Assembly: GCA_937944975.1 (NCBI GenBank) | Contig: CALEBF010000012.1 | Span: forward strand, 103,418-167,417 | Direction of reading: 5' to 3' | Length of the DNA: 64,000 nucleotides | From: an uncultured Mycoplasmatota bacterium | Lineage (GTDB): Bacteria > Bacillota_I > Bacilli_A > RF39 > UBA660 | Shown here: positions 19,380 to 27,805 of the stretch, piece by piece | Layout: each line of letters opens with the position of its first letter | Position numbering within the stretch: position 1 is the stretch's first letter | Translations under genes and position numbers: made by a program | The notes under the pieces: model-generated | What the model saw: the letters and a program-made list of their open reading frames with translations, nothing else | What the model was told of the DNA's origin: nothing | The model's database searches: none

Positions 19380-21452
19380 CTAAAAAACGATAGAAAAATT
19401 CCCGTCCGTATCAGTTCGAATCACTTTACTACCATAGTGACGATATCTTTCGATTACTTCAGTTGCAGGATGGCCATAATGATTGTTACGTCCGACAGAA
19501 ATAAGTGCATATTTGGGTCGTATATTACGAACAAATTCATTTGTAGAACTCGTCTTTGACCCATGATGTCCTACTTTTAATATATCCACATTAGGAAGAT
19601 TATATTCCCTTAACAACCATTTTTCACCCATTGCATCTACATCTCCCATCCATAGAATATGTTTTTTTCTGATTTTCGTGTAGACAATTAAACTATTTCT
19701 GTTTTCTTCCATATCATATCTGGAAAATATATAAAATTTGTGACAGTTTAATGTGATTTTATGATTTGTACACGAAACGATAGGAATACTTTTTTCATTT
19801 GCTCTTATTTTAATTTCCTTTTCTATTTCGCTATCAGAGGCATGGTTCATTAAAATAGTTCCTACAGGTATTTTTTCTAACAGTGACAACACATTCCCAG
19901 CATGATCATAGTCTCCATGCGTTAAAATTAACGTATGAATGCGCGTCACTCCAACTGCTTTAAAATAAGGAACGAGTACTGATTGGGCCATGTCGTAATC
20001 TTCTCTTCTCTTTTGCCAAGACTCTGTTTTATACGATAACTTTCCTCCGGTATCAATCATCACAGCTTCTTTCGAATGAGGTAAAATCAGAAAAGATGCA
20101 TCTCCTTGTCCAACATCTATCATATGAAATTGAGCAAATGGCGAGAACCACAATTTCATATAGTGATAGCCCAATAAAAGAGGCAATAAAACAATGCCAT
20201 AGTATCGCTGCGTACGAATAAGATGTATATGGTAAAAAAACATAACATAATAAATGACAATATAACATATTGTTGGTTTTGCAAACCAAACGATCCCGAT
20301 ATCTACTTCCGCACACATCAATAATAGTGATTGAAATATCGTTTGTAGAATTTGAAAAATATGCATCATCGGAGAAAATACGATTGTAATAAGTGCACAC
20401 GGAAATAAAATCATTGTTACAATAGGTACGAAAATAATATTAAAAATTGGAGACAAGAAGTTAAGCTCATAAAAGTGAAACATACTAATAGGAGTGCTTA
20501 CGAAAAAAATAAAAATAGGTAGTTTCCACCACATTCCCTTTTGAAATTGCAAAAATCCCCCATAATAAATGAGAAAAAAACTAATTCCAAAGCTGAATTG
20601 AAATCCGATATGATAAATAATCCAAGGGTTTATAAAAAGAACAATGGCAAGTGTCATACAAAATAAATCAAGTGTACTACACTCCATTTGAAAATAATCT
20701 TTGATCGACTGTAACAGAAAAAAAATAAAAACACGAAGAACTGAGGGTGTAAAACCGACAACTATAGAGTATCCTGAAACAATAAATAGAATAACTGCAT
20801 TTTGAACATTTTTATTTTTGCATGTAATCAAATATCGTATCCCGGCAATCAACACGTGAAAATGCAATCCAGAGACGGAAAAAAGATGTTGAATTCCGAT
20901 TTTCTGAATAGCATCTTTCTCCTTTTCTTCTACTCCGTCTAGATTTCCGAACAAAAAAGCTTGTAGATATGGTGTGTTAGACTTATACAAATTGTCATAT
21001 ATTTTCTCTTTTACCTTATAAAAGAATGAAGGTGGATTCGGATGAATTTTGTAACTTGTCCCCTCAATTTGATAAAAGATTCCTATCGAACGCAAATAAT
21101 CACGATATTGGAACAACATTTTATTTCCATTTTTAGAAGGTATATTACGTATTCCTGAAACCGTTACTTTCATTCCTAGGCACACGTTCTCTTTCAAATC
21201 ATTCTTTTCTTCTTTTGATGAAATTGTAATATAAAATTGATATTTCTTCTCCTTTGTTTTTAAGGTGCCCTTCCATAAATTCCCATCGATTTCATACGAC
21301 ATCAGAATTCCTGTTTCCTCTATTTTCTGATCACGATCTATTAAATGTGTTTCATGGCGTACTAAAATACCATATACAATAGAAATCAATAAGATACACC
21401 ATATATATTTACTATATCGTGATATATGGTGCGATTTTTTGGTAAGAGGCAT
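19380..21452 (-). CDS. comEC: DNA internalization-related competence protein ComEC/Rec2
   Basis: 690 aa; N-terminal polytopic competence domain, C-terminal metallo-beta-lactamase fold (HxHxDH-like LTHGDYDHAG, GHHGSKTS); overlaps comEA end. Confidence 0.85.
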   Translation of the reverse strand: MPLTKKSHHISRYSKYIWCILLISIVYGILVRHETHLIDRDQKIEETGILMSYEIDGNLWKGTLKTKEKKYQFYITISSKEEKNDLKENVCLGMKVTVSGIRNIPSKNGNKMLFQYRDYLRSIGIFYQIEGTSYKIHPNPPSFFYKVKEKIYDNLYKSNTPYLQAFLFGNLDGVEEKEKDAIQKIGIQHLFSVSGLHFHVLIAGIRYLITCKNKNVQNAVILFIVSGYSIVVGFTPSVLRVFIFFLLQSIKDYFQMECSTLDLFCMTLAIVLFINPWIIYHIGFQFSFGISFFLIYYGGFLQFQKGMWWKLPIFIFFVSTPISMFHFYELNFLSPIFNIIFVPIVTMILFPCALITIVFSPMMHIFQILQTIFQSLLLMCAEVDIGIVWFAKPTICYIVIYYVMFFYHIHLIRTQRYYGIVLLPLLLGYHYMKLWFSPFAQFHMIDVGQGDASFLILPHSKEAVMIDTGGKLSYKTESWQKRREDYDMAQSVLVPYFKAVGVTRIHTLILTHGDYDHAGNVLSLLEKIPVGTILMNHASDSEIEKEIKIRANEKSIPIVSCTNHKITLNCHKFYIFSRYDMEENRNSLIVYTKIRKKHILWMGDVDAMGEKWLLREYNLPNVDILKVGHHGSKTSSTNEFVRNIRPKYALISVGRNNHYGHPATEVIERYRHYGSKVIRTDTDGNFSIVF

Positions 21453-22077
21453 CTCCTATTCCTTTCACTTCTTTTAGTTCCTCTATATTCTGAAATCCAT
21501 TGTGACTTTCTCGGTACGAGATAATATCCTGCGCTTTCTTCTCCCCAATTCCTGGAAGTTCCATCAACTCTTCTAAAGTTGCCTGGTTGAGAGAAATCGG
21601 AAAGGTTACTTGTTTTTCTTCTTGTTTGTTTTCATTCGACTCTTTTTCATTTGTGATCGTATTTTCTTTTTCGATGCAAACATCATTTTCTAATTTAGGA
21701 CAAACACAAGTTTGATCAATCACTTTAACACTGGTGTCACCTTCTTTTTGTTCTGCAATTTCTGCCTGCGTATAGATAATGACAACCATCTCATCTTTCA
21801 ATTTTTTACTCAAGTTAATATATTCTGTCGAAGCATCTGTTCTAAGTCCTCCTGCTTTTTCTATCAGTTTCATGACAGTCATATTCTCTTCACATTCATA
21901 TACACCTGGATTTATCACTGCACCTTTTAGATCAACATAGATCTTTTTCTTTTCTTCTTCTTTTTTTTCGATTGGTTCTAAAACGACATCATCTTCTGTT
22001 TCCGCGTTCACAGTGAAATATACACATGAAAATATAGAGATCAATAAAACTACCGCAATAATTATTTTCTTCTTCAT
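21412..22077 (-). CDS. comEA: competence protein ComEA (helix-hairpin-helix DNA receptor)
   Basis: Start ATG 22077 (MKKKIIIAVVLLISIF signal anchor) with GGTGG RBS preferred over track start 22200; C-terminal tandem HhH: ISLNQATLEELMELPGIGEKKAQDIISYRE...GIG. Confidence 0.8.
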   Translation of the reverse strand: MKKKIIIAVVLLISIFSCVYFTVNAETEDDVVLEPIEKKEEEKKKIYVDLKGAVINPGVYECEENMTVMKLIEKAGGLRTDASTEYINLSKKLKDEMVVIIYTQAEIAEQKEGDTSVKVIDQTCVCPKLENDVCIEKENTITNEKESNENKQEEKQVTFPISLNQATLEELMELPGIGEKKAQDIISYRESHNGFQNIEELKEVKGIGDASYQKIAPYITI

Positions 22078-22150
22078 ACTACCACCTATCAATATTGTTC
22101 TATACGATCGCTTTTTTTCCTTCCACGAAAAAAAGATTCCGAAGAATCTT

Positions 22151-23320
22151 TTAAACTTTAATCTTTTGTCGTTTTGTTTCAATATGGATTCGTTGCACAA
22201 GTGCTAAAGATATAATGAGTGATATCGTAAAGGATCCTCCATAACTTAAGAATGGATTTGGTACTCCAGTTAATGGCATAATTCCAAATAGTCCACCTAA
22301 ATTGACAAAAATATGCATGAAAATATAGGTAGCAACCCCAAGGCATATATAACGTCCTCTAAGTGTATTAGCTCTCGAAGATAACGATAGAATACGCTTT
22401 AATATAATAATGTATCCAAGGAAAATAATCAAAGACTTGAAAAATCCTTGTTCTTCTACGATAATCGCAAAAACACTATCAGTATGTGGTTCTGGAATAT
22501 AAGAATACTTTTGCTTACTTTTCCCGCCCCCTAAACCGAATGCGCCTCCATCATTGATTGCTATAAATCCGTTACAAGTTTGATATCCTCCTTCTTCGTA
22601 ATTGCTACAAGGGTTAAAGAAATTAAACCGGTCCATCTGTTCAGGAGACAAGATATATCCTTTTGTACTTAATAATACAAGGCCAGCAAATATAGCTAGT
22701 ACAAAAAGAAATATAAACGTTTTAATTTTGTCAATTCTCAAGATTGGACTTCCCAGAAACATGACAAAGAAAATCATAAAAAGAATGAACATAGTACCGA
22801 AGTCCTTTTGCAAAAAAACGATTGCAGGATAAGAAAGACCAACGAATAAAATAATTCCAATCATGTCATAATGGTTAATTTTCTTGTTTCGAAGTCTCGC
22901 ATAAAATCGTTCAAATAAAAGAGCTAGACAGACAATCATCACTGGTTTTGCAAATTCACTCGGCTGTACTCTACCGATAATCGGAAGAGCAATCCAGTTA
23001 CGGCTCCCACGATGGTCTGTTCCATACATACTCAAATACAATAACAATCCTAAAATGGCAATAAATCCGAGAAGTGCGAGTGGCTTGTATTTTTTTGTAT
23101 CATAACAAAAAATAATAATACTAACGACAAGCCCTGCCATCAACATTTTCAATTGTTGGTAAAAATAGTAATATAATGGTGCTTCTGAGGTAACTGCTTC
23201 GCTACTAGAAGCTGTAACGATATTGAGTAAACCGAATACGAATAAGGCAATACTAATAAATAGTAAGGGTTTATCCATATCCTGCACAATATGTTTTATG
23301 TTCCTAACTACCTTCCTCAT
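22151..23320 (-). CDS. SEDS-family peptidoglycan glycosyltransferase (FtsW/RodA/SpoVE)
   Basis: 10-TM profile, conserved GGxxKxxxxxPEPHTDSVFA and SYGGSxxI motifs. Confidence 0.8.
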   Translation of the reverse strand: MRKVVRNIKHIVQDMDKPLLFISIALFVFGLLNIVTASSSEAVTSEAPLYYYFYQQLKMLMAGLVVSIIIFCYDTKKYKPLALLGFIAILGLLLYLSMYGTDHRGSRNWIALPIIGRVQPSEFAKPVMIVCLALLFERFYARLRNKKINHYDMIGIILFVGLSYPAIVFLQKDFGTMFILFMIFFVMFLGSPILRIDKIKTFIFLFVLAIFAGLVLLSTKGYILSPEQMDRFNFFNPCSNYEEGGYQTCNGFIAINDGGAFGLGGGKSKQKYSYIPEPHTDSVFAIIVEEQGFFKSLIIFLGYIIILKRILSLSSRANTLRGRYICLGVATYIFMHIFVNLGGLFGIMPLTGVPNPFLSYGGSFTISLIISLALVQRIHIETKRQKIKV

Positions 23321-23429
23321 ATGATCACCTATTATTCATCATACCATAGTTTATTCTTTTTGAAAATAGGTCAATTTTACTAGTCATTCTGCACAGATAT
23401 ACATACAATATGGTAAAGGAGGTTGGATT

Positions 23430-23600
23430 ATGTATTACTACGGAGGTTACCAAGGATACGGATGTGGTCAACCACAACCTTGCTGTGGCGGTTACCCTTA
23501 CGGTGGTGGAACTGGATATGGTGCTGCAATCATTTTAGTTTTATTTATACTTCTTGTGATTGTTATCGGTTCTCGCGCATTCGGACCTGGACCTAGATAA
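23430..23600 (+). CDS. YjcZ-family tiny Gly/Tyr/Cys-rich sporulation protein (56 aa)
   Basis: MYYYGGYQGYGCGQPQPCCGGYPYGGGTGYGAAIILVLFILLVIVIGSRAFGPGPR; AAAGGAGG RBS 6 nt upstream; not in ORF track (short); followed by terminator. Confidence 0.7.
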   Translation: MYYYGGYQGYGCGQPQPCCGGYPYGGGTGYGAAIILVLFILLVIVIGSRAFGPGPR

Positions 23601-23612
23601 ATTACAGTAAAG

Positions 23613-23637
23613 CAGTATGGTGAACATACTGTTTTTT
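23613..23637 (+). terminator. intrinsic terminator after yjcZ-like gene
   Basis: CAGTATG-gtgaa-CATACTG then TTTTTT. Confidence 0.75.
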
Positions 23638-23709
23638 CGTATATAACTTATTCGCTTTTCCTATTCAATCATGTCTTTTTATGTTACAATATTATACGGA
23701 GTTGATAAC

Positions 23710-24258
23710 ATGTTTAAAAAATTAGATATATTGGATGAAAAAGATCCGCATCTTCGTAAAAAGAGTATGGAAGTTACATTTCCCCTCTCTAAAGAAGATA
23801 AAAAATTAATTCAAAGAGCAATCGATCATTTAACGTATAGTCAAATCGAAGAATACGAAAAAAAATATGACCTGCGTCCAGGAATGGGACTTGCCTTTCC
23901 ACAACTAGGCCTCAACAAAAGAATTATTGTAATCGTACACGAAGTCGATGATGAAACATTTGATAACTATGTTGTAATCAATCCTAAAATCATAAGTGAA
24001 TCGGAAGAAATCATCGCTGCAGAAGTTGGAGAAGGATGTTTAAGTGTCAATCGTGAAGTAGAAGGCCATGTACCAAGACATGCACGTGTCACCATCGAAG
24101 GATACGATGAAGAAGGAAATAAAATTCGCATTCGTGCACGTGAGGAACTTTCAATCGCATTTCAGCATGAAATCGATCATTTAAATGGAATTTTATTCTA
24201 CGATCGAATCAATCAAAAAAAACCATTTTACAGAGAAGACGAGATTCGTCTTATATAG
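23710..24258 (+). CDS. def: peptide deformylase
   Basis: Motifs GLAFPQLG, EGCLSV, QHEIDHLNG; ATG 23710 (MFKKLDIL...) preferred over 23671. Confidence 0.85.
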   Translation: MFKKLDILDEKDPHLRKKSMEVTFPLSKEDKKLIQRAIDHLTYSQIEEYEKKYDLRPGMGLAFPQLGLNKRIIVIVHEVDDETFDNYVVINPKIISESEEIIAAEVGEGCLSVNREVEGHVPRHARVTIEGYDEEGNKIRIRAREELSIAFQHEIDHLNGILFYDRINQKKPFYREDEIRLI

Positions 24259-24267
24259 GAGGAATTT

Positions 24268-26196
24268 ATGAAAACACAATATAAAATGATTGTTTTAGTT
24301 GCACTCGCTTGCATTTGCTCTATTTTAATTTACTATAAAGTAGATAAAGCAAAGCCTGCAAAATTTCAAGAAGATTTAATAGCAAAACAAGAAAAGTTAG
24401 AAAACAAATTTTTAGAAAAAACAAATTATACGATGGAACATCCTAATATTATTTTGGATCCATACGATATTTCTCCACTTACCGCACTTGTCATATTTGA
24501 AACAAGTGACCTTACGGCGCCTGAAGTGACTATCAAAGGTAAAGATGAAAACACGACATTTACAAAGACTTTTACACCGTCGAAAAAGCACATCTTACCT
24601 ATCTACGGATTATATCCAGACACAAATAACGAAGTGACAATCGAATGTAATGGTCAAAAGAATGTCTTCTATATTAAGACTGACCCACTCCCAGAAGATT
24701 TCGCAATTCCTACAAAAGTGGAAAGCAATAAAGAAGAACTTGGAAACGACCTATATTTTGTTACACCATCTTCCAATGGATATGTCGCTGCATACGATGT
24801 CAATGGAGACGTCCGTTGGTATCTTACCGAATCTTTTACTTGGGATATTCAGAGACTTAATAATGGAAATATTTTATTAAGTAGTAATCGCCTCATCAAT
24901 CCACCTTATTACATGACAGGCCTTATGGAAATGGATTTACTTGGAAAAGTTTACTATGAATATACTCTACCTGGCGGATATCATCACGATGTATTCGAAC
25001 TGGAAAATGGAAACTTAATCATTGCAAGTGACAACTTTGAAAACGGTACGGTCGAAGATTATATCGTCGAGATGGATCGCAAAACAGGCGAAATTGTCAA
25101 GACAATTGATCTTACAAAAATTCTACCACAGGATGAAGGTCGCAATGTAAATGCTACTGATTACGATTGGTTCCATAACAACTCAGTCTGGTATGATGCA
25201 GCAACAAATTCACTTACCCTATCTGGTCGTCATCAAGACGCCGTTGTCAATTTAGATTATTCGACAAATGAAATCAACTGGATTGTCGGATCGAAAGAAG
25301 GATGGAGCAAAAAAATGCAAAAATACTTCTTTGAACCAGATGAGAATACTGAGTTTCAATGGTCACAACACGCTGCAATGATTTTACCAAACGGCAACTT
25401 ATTCTTATTCGATAATGGAAATAATCGTTCTAAAACTGAAGAAAATGCAGTAAGTGCCGAAAACAATTACAGTCGCGGTGTAATCTATCAATTAGATAAA
25501 GAAAATAAAACGATTCATCAAGTATGGCAATACGGAAAAGAACGTGGTAGTGAATTCTATTCTCCATACATTTCCGACGTTGATTACTTTGATGAAGAGC
25601 ACTATTTGATTCATTCTGGAGGTATTTCAAAAACAGAAGATGGAAAGCCAAACAACGAGCCTGCCGGATTGCAAAAATCTAGTTCTATGAATTCAATTAC
25701 AACAGAAAGGAAAGATGGCCAAGTTATCTTTGAAATGCAATTGCCTGGAAACTTCTATCGTGCTGAAAAAATGAGTCTATATGCGAATAATGTATTTAAA
25801 ACAGGAAAAGGAACTACACTTGGTAGCATGAGAGAAACAAAGGCAAGTGGAAAACAAACCTTGTGTCTCATCAATAAATCGATCAATGATACTTATAAAT
25901 CACACGATATCAAAATTATAAAAGAAAAAGATCGTCTCGCAGTAACAGGAACATTTAAAAAATCAGATAAAGTAGAAATTATTCTGGATAATACATTCAA
26001 TAAAAAAGTATATGATATGATTATCTCTAAAAAACCTTATACTGCAATGTGCGTTGACATATTCAATGAAGAAGAAAAAGAAAATGGTATTTCTGTTACA
26101 AAGTACATCAACGATGAAGGATTAAAAGGAAAATTCTACATTTATCTTAAAATTAATGGAACTGTTTACGATACAGATCTATACGTAACTTACTAG
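24268..26196 (+). CDS. arylsulfate sulfotransferase (ASST) family protein, membrane-anchored/secreted
   Basis: N-terminal signal anchor; long beta-propeller-like body with ASST-type repeats (WYLTESF...NGN, HHD, WFHNNSV...). Confidence 0.55.
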   Translation: MKTQYKMIVLVALACICSILIYYKVDKAKPAKFQEDLIAKQEKLENKFLEKTNYTMEHPNIILDPYDISPLTALVIFETSDLTAPEVTIKGKDENTTFTKTFTPSKKHILPIYGLYPDTNNEVTIECNGQKNVFYIKTDPLPEDFAIPTKVESNKEELGNDLYFVTPSSNGYVAAYDVNGDVRWYLTESFTWDIQRLNNGNILLSSNRLINPPYYMTGLMEMDLLGKVYYEYTLPGGYHHDVFELENGNLIIASDNFENGTVEDYIVEMDRKTGEIVKTIDLTKILPQDEGRNVNATDYDWFHNNSVWYDAATNSLTLSGRHQDAVVNLDYSTNEINWIVGSKEGWSKKMQKYFFEPDENTEFQWSQHAAMILPNGNLFLFDNGNNRSKTEENAVSAENNYSRGVIYQLDKENKTIHQVWQYGKERGSEFYSPYISDVDYFDEEHYLIHSGGISKTEDGKPNNEPAGLQKSSSMNSITTERKDGQVIFEMQLPGNFYRAEKMSLYANNVFKTGKGTTLGSMRETKASGKQTLCLINKSINDTYKSHDIKIIKEKDRLAVTGTFKKSDKVEIILDNTFNKKVYDMIISKKPYTAMCVDIFNEEEKENGISVTKYINDEGLKGKFYIYLKINGTVYDTDLYVTY

Positions 26197-26270
26197 AGAA
26201 CACTTGTTCTCTTTTCTTTTGACACAAATTATGATATATGCTAGAATACATTTAGAAAGAAGGAGCATTT

Positions 26271-27059
26271 ATGAAAATTAATAATGTGGCATGGAAAAAA
26301 CTTGCAACTATCAGTTTTGTTTTCATAGCAGGTGTTTATTCTGGAAGAATTATCGAAAGAATCCATCAAGCACCACAATCGACACAGCTTATAACCAATA
26401 CTGACAAAAGTCAAGCGGAAGCAGAAGAAACTACATATTATTTTACCACGCAAGAAAGAGCAATTTTAAAATTTGATGAAAATGGAGAACCTATATATTC
26501 TGATTGGTCGCCTATAAACGATTTTAAAAAAGTAACTAATAACACAATGGCATATGCAAATGACACAACAAAAGTTTATATAAAAAGCAACAACAGTAAC
26601 GAACTAGCATCAGAATTAGCAACTGGCCACTCCATTAGAAATGGAATTTTATATCAAGGTGAAACAGCAATACAAAGTTTAGCTGAACCGAATGACTTCG
26701 ACAAATTAAAAATTGCAATCGATCGACAACTTGTACAATATCAAGAAAGAACATGGGACACTTCTAAAAACGATTGGTCAGAATGGTCTGAGCGTAAATT
26801 TATTACACAAACGACATACTTAAAGAATACAGATAAAAAACAATATCGTATTGTTTTTTATACAAATCAAAAGGATAATCAAGTCAATTGGTTTGATTTA
26901 TCTCAGTTTGAAAACAGTTCTTTTAAAAATTGTTCACTGTATGAAGGAGAAACCCCTGTTCCAATGGATATGAGTAATTATAATCCAGATAACTCAAGCC
27001 ATGTATCATTTGATGATGTTATCTATGATGATGCTAAAACATATTCAGTCCATCATTAA
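26271..27059 (+). CDS. signal-anchored extracytoplasmic protein of unknown function
   Basis: N-terminal TM (LATISFVFIAGVYSG), Trp/Asn-rich body; AGGAG RBS. Confidence 0.5.
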   Translation: MKINNVAWKKLATISFVFIAGVYSGRIIERIHQAPQSTQLITNTDKSQAEAEETTYYFTTQERAILKFDENGEPIYSDWSPINDFKKVTNNTMAYANDTTKVYIKSNNSNELASELATGHSIRNGILYQGETAIQSLAEPNDFDKLKIAIDRQLVQYQERTWDTSKNDWSEWSERKFITQTTYLKNTDKKQYRIVFYTNQKDNQVNWFDLSQFENSSFKNCSLYEGETPVPMDMSNYNPDNSSHVSFDDVIYDDAKTYSVHH

Positions 27060-27060
27060 T

Positions 27061-27099
27061 CAATAAAAAAACGATTTGTTAAAATCGCTTTTTTTTATT
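27061..27099. terminator. bidirectional terminator between convergent genes
   Basis: A7-CGATTT-gtta-AAATCG-T9. Confidence 0.5.
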
Positions 27100-27805
27100 G
27101 ATATTTTGCAATTTCTAAAATATACTTACCTTTTTTGCTTTTACCTACAATTGATTGGAGTTGATATTTTCCATATTTTCGAATGGAAAATATGGCACCT
27201 TCTTCCATTTCTAATGTTCCCCTATTTGCTTCTTGATACTGGTATATAATATACCGTTGTTCAAATAGTTCTAATACTTTTTTTCTAGAAAGTCCTGTAA
27301 TCGTAGCAACGACAGCATCCAATCTAAGGCTCGATGTAAGATATGTTTCTTTTATTTTCTTCGGCTCATAGTCTACAATCACATCTACTGGTTTTTGCTC
27401 AATTTCAACTGGTATCTTCCCTATATGTGTAAAATATTGTTCAAAATATCTAAGGCAAGATTGTACAATCCATAAATAGACGACATTATTTATTACAACG
27501 ATATCTCCATACATCTCAGGTTCTGTTTGATGAGAAAATAATGTGCCCAATACTTGAGAATGCGTTACTTTCTCTTTTGCAGTCACTTTGATACAACTCA
27601 CCATAGGATCATTGGTATATAATACCGTCTTCTCTGCTTCTGTAAATGGTTGAAAAAGATAACAAGGTATATTTCTTTTCTTACACATCTGCAAAAGGAT
27701 CATCACCTTTCTCGGATCCAGAAAATTAGTTGCACTTCCTCTTTCTAAACGTTCGATACAAGATGCAAAAAACATTTTCTCTTGTCTATTTATTATCTTT
27801 TTCAT
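27095..27805 (-). CDS. YlmH-like RNA-binding protein with C-terminal S4 domain
   Basis: C-terminal SLRLDAVVATITGLSRKKVLELFEQRYI S4-like motif; overlaps 3' end of ABC-F gene. Confidence 0.5.
   Translation of the reverse strand: MKKIINRQEKMFFASCIERLERGSATNFLDPRKVMILLQMCKKRNIPCYLFQPFTEAEKTVLYTNDPMVSCIKVTAKEKVTHSQVLGTLFSHQTEPEMYGDIVVINNVVYLWIVQSCLRYFEQYFTHIGKIPVEIEQKPVDVIVDYEPKKIKETYLTSSLRLDAVVATITGLSRKKVLELFEQRYIIYQYQEANRGTLEMEEGAIFSIRKYGKYQLQSIVGKSKKGKYILEIAKYQ

Noticed and set aside
22078-22200. 41-codon N-terminal extension of comEA (track start 22200)
   Set aside because: The internal ATG at 22077 is preceded by a GGTGG RBS and starts a typical Lys-rich signal anchor. The extension would overlap the 3' end of the SEDS gene.
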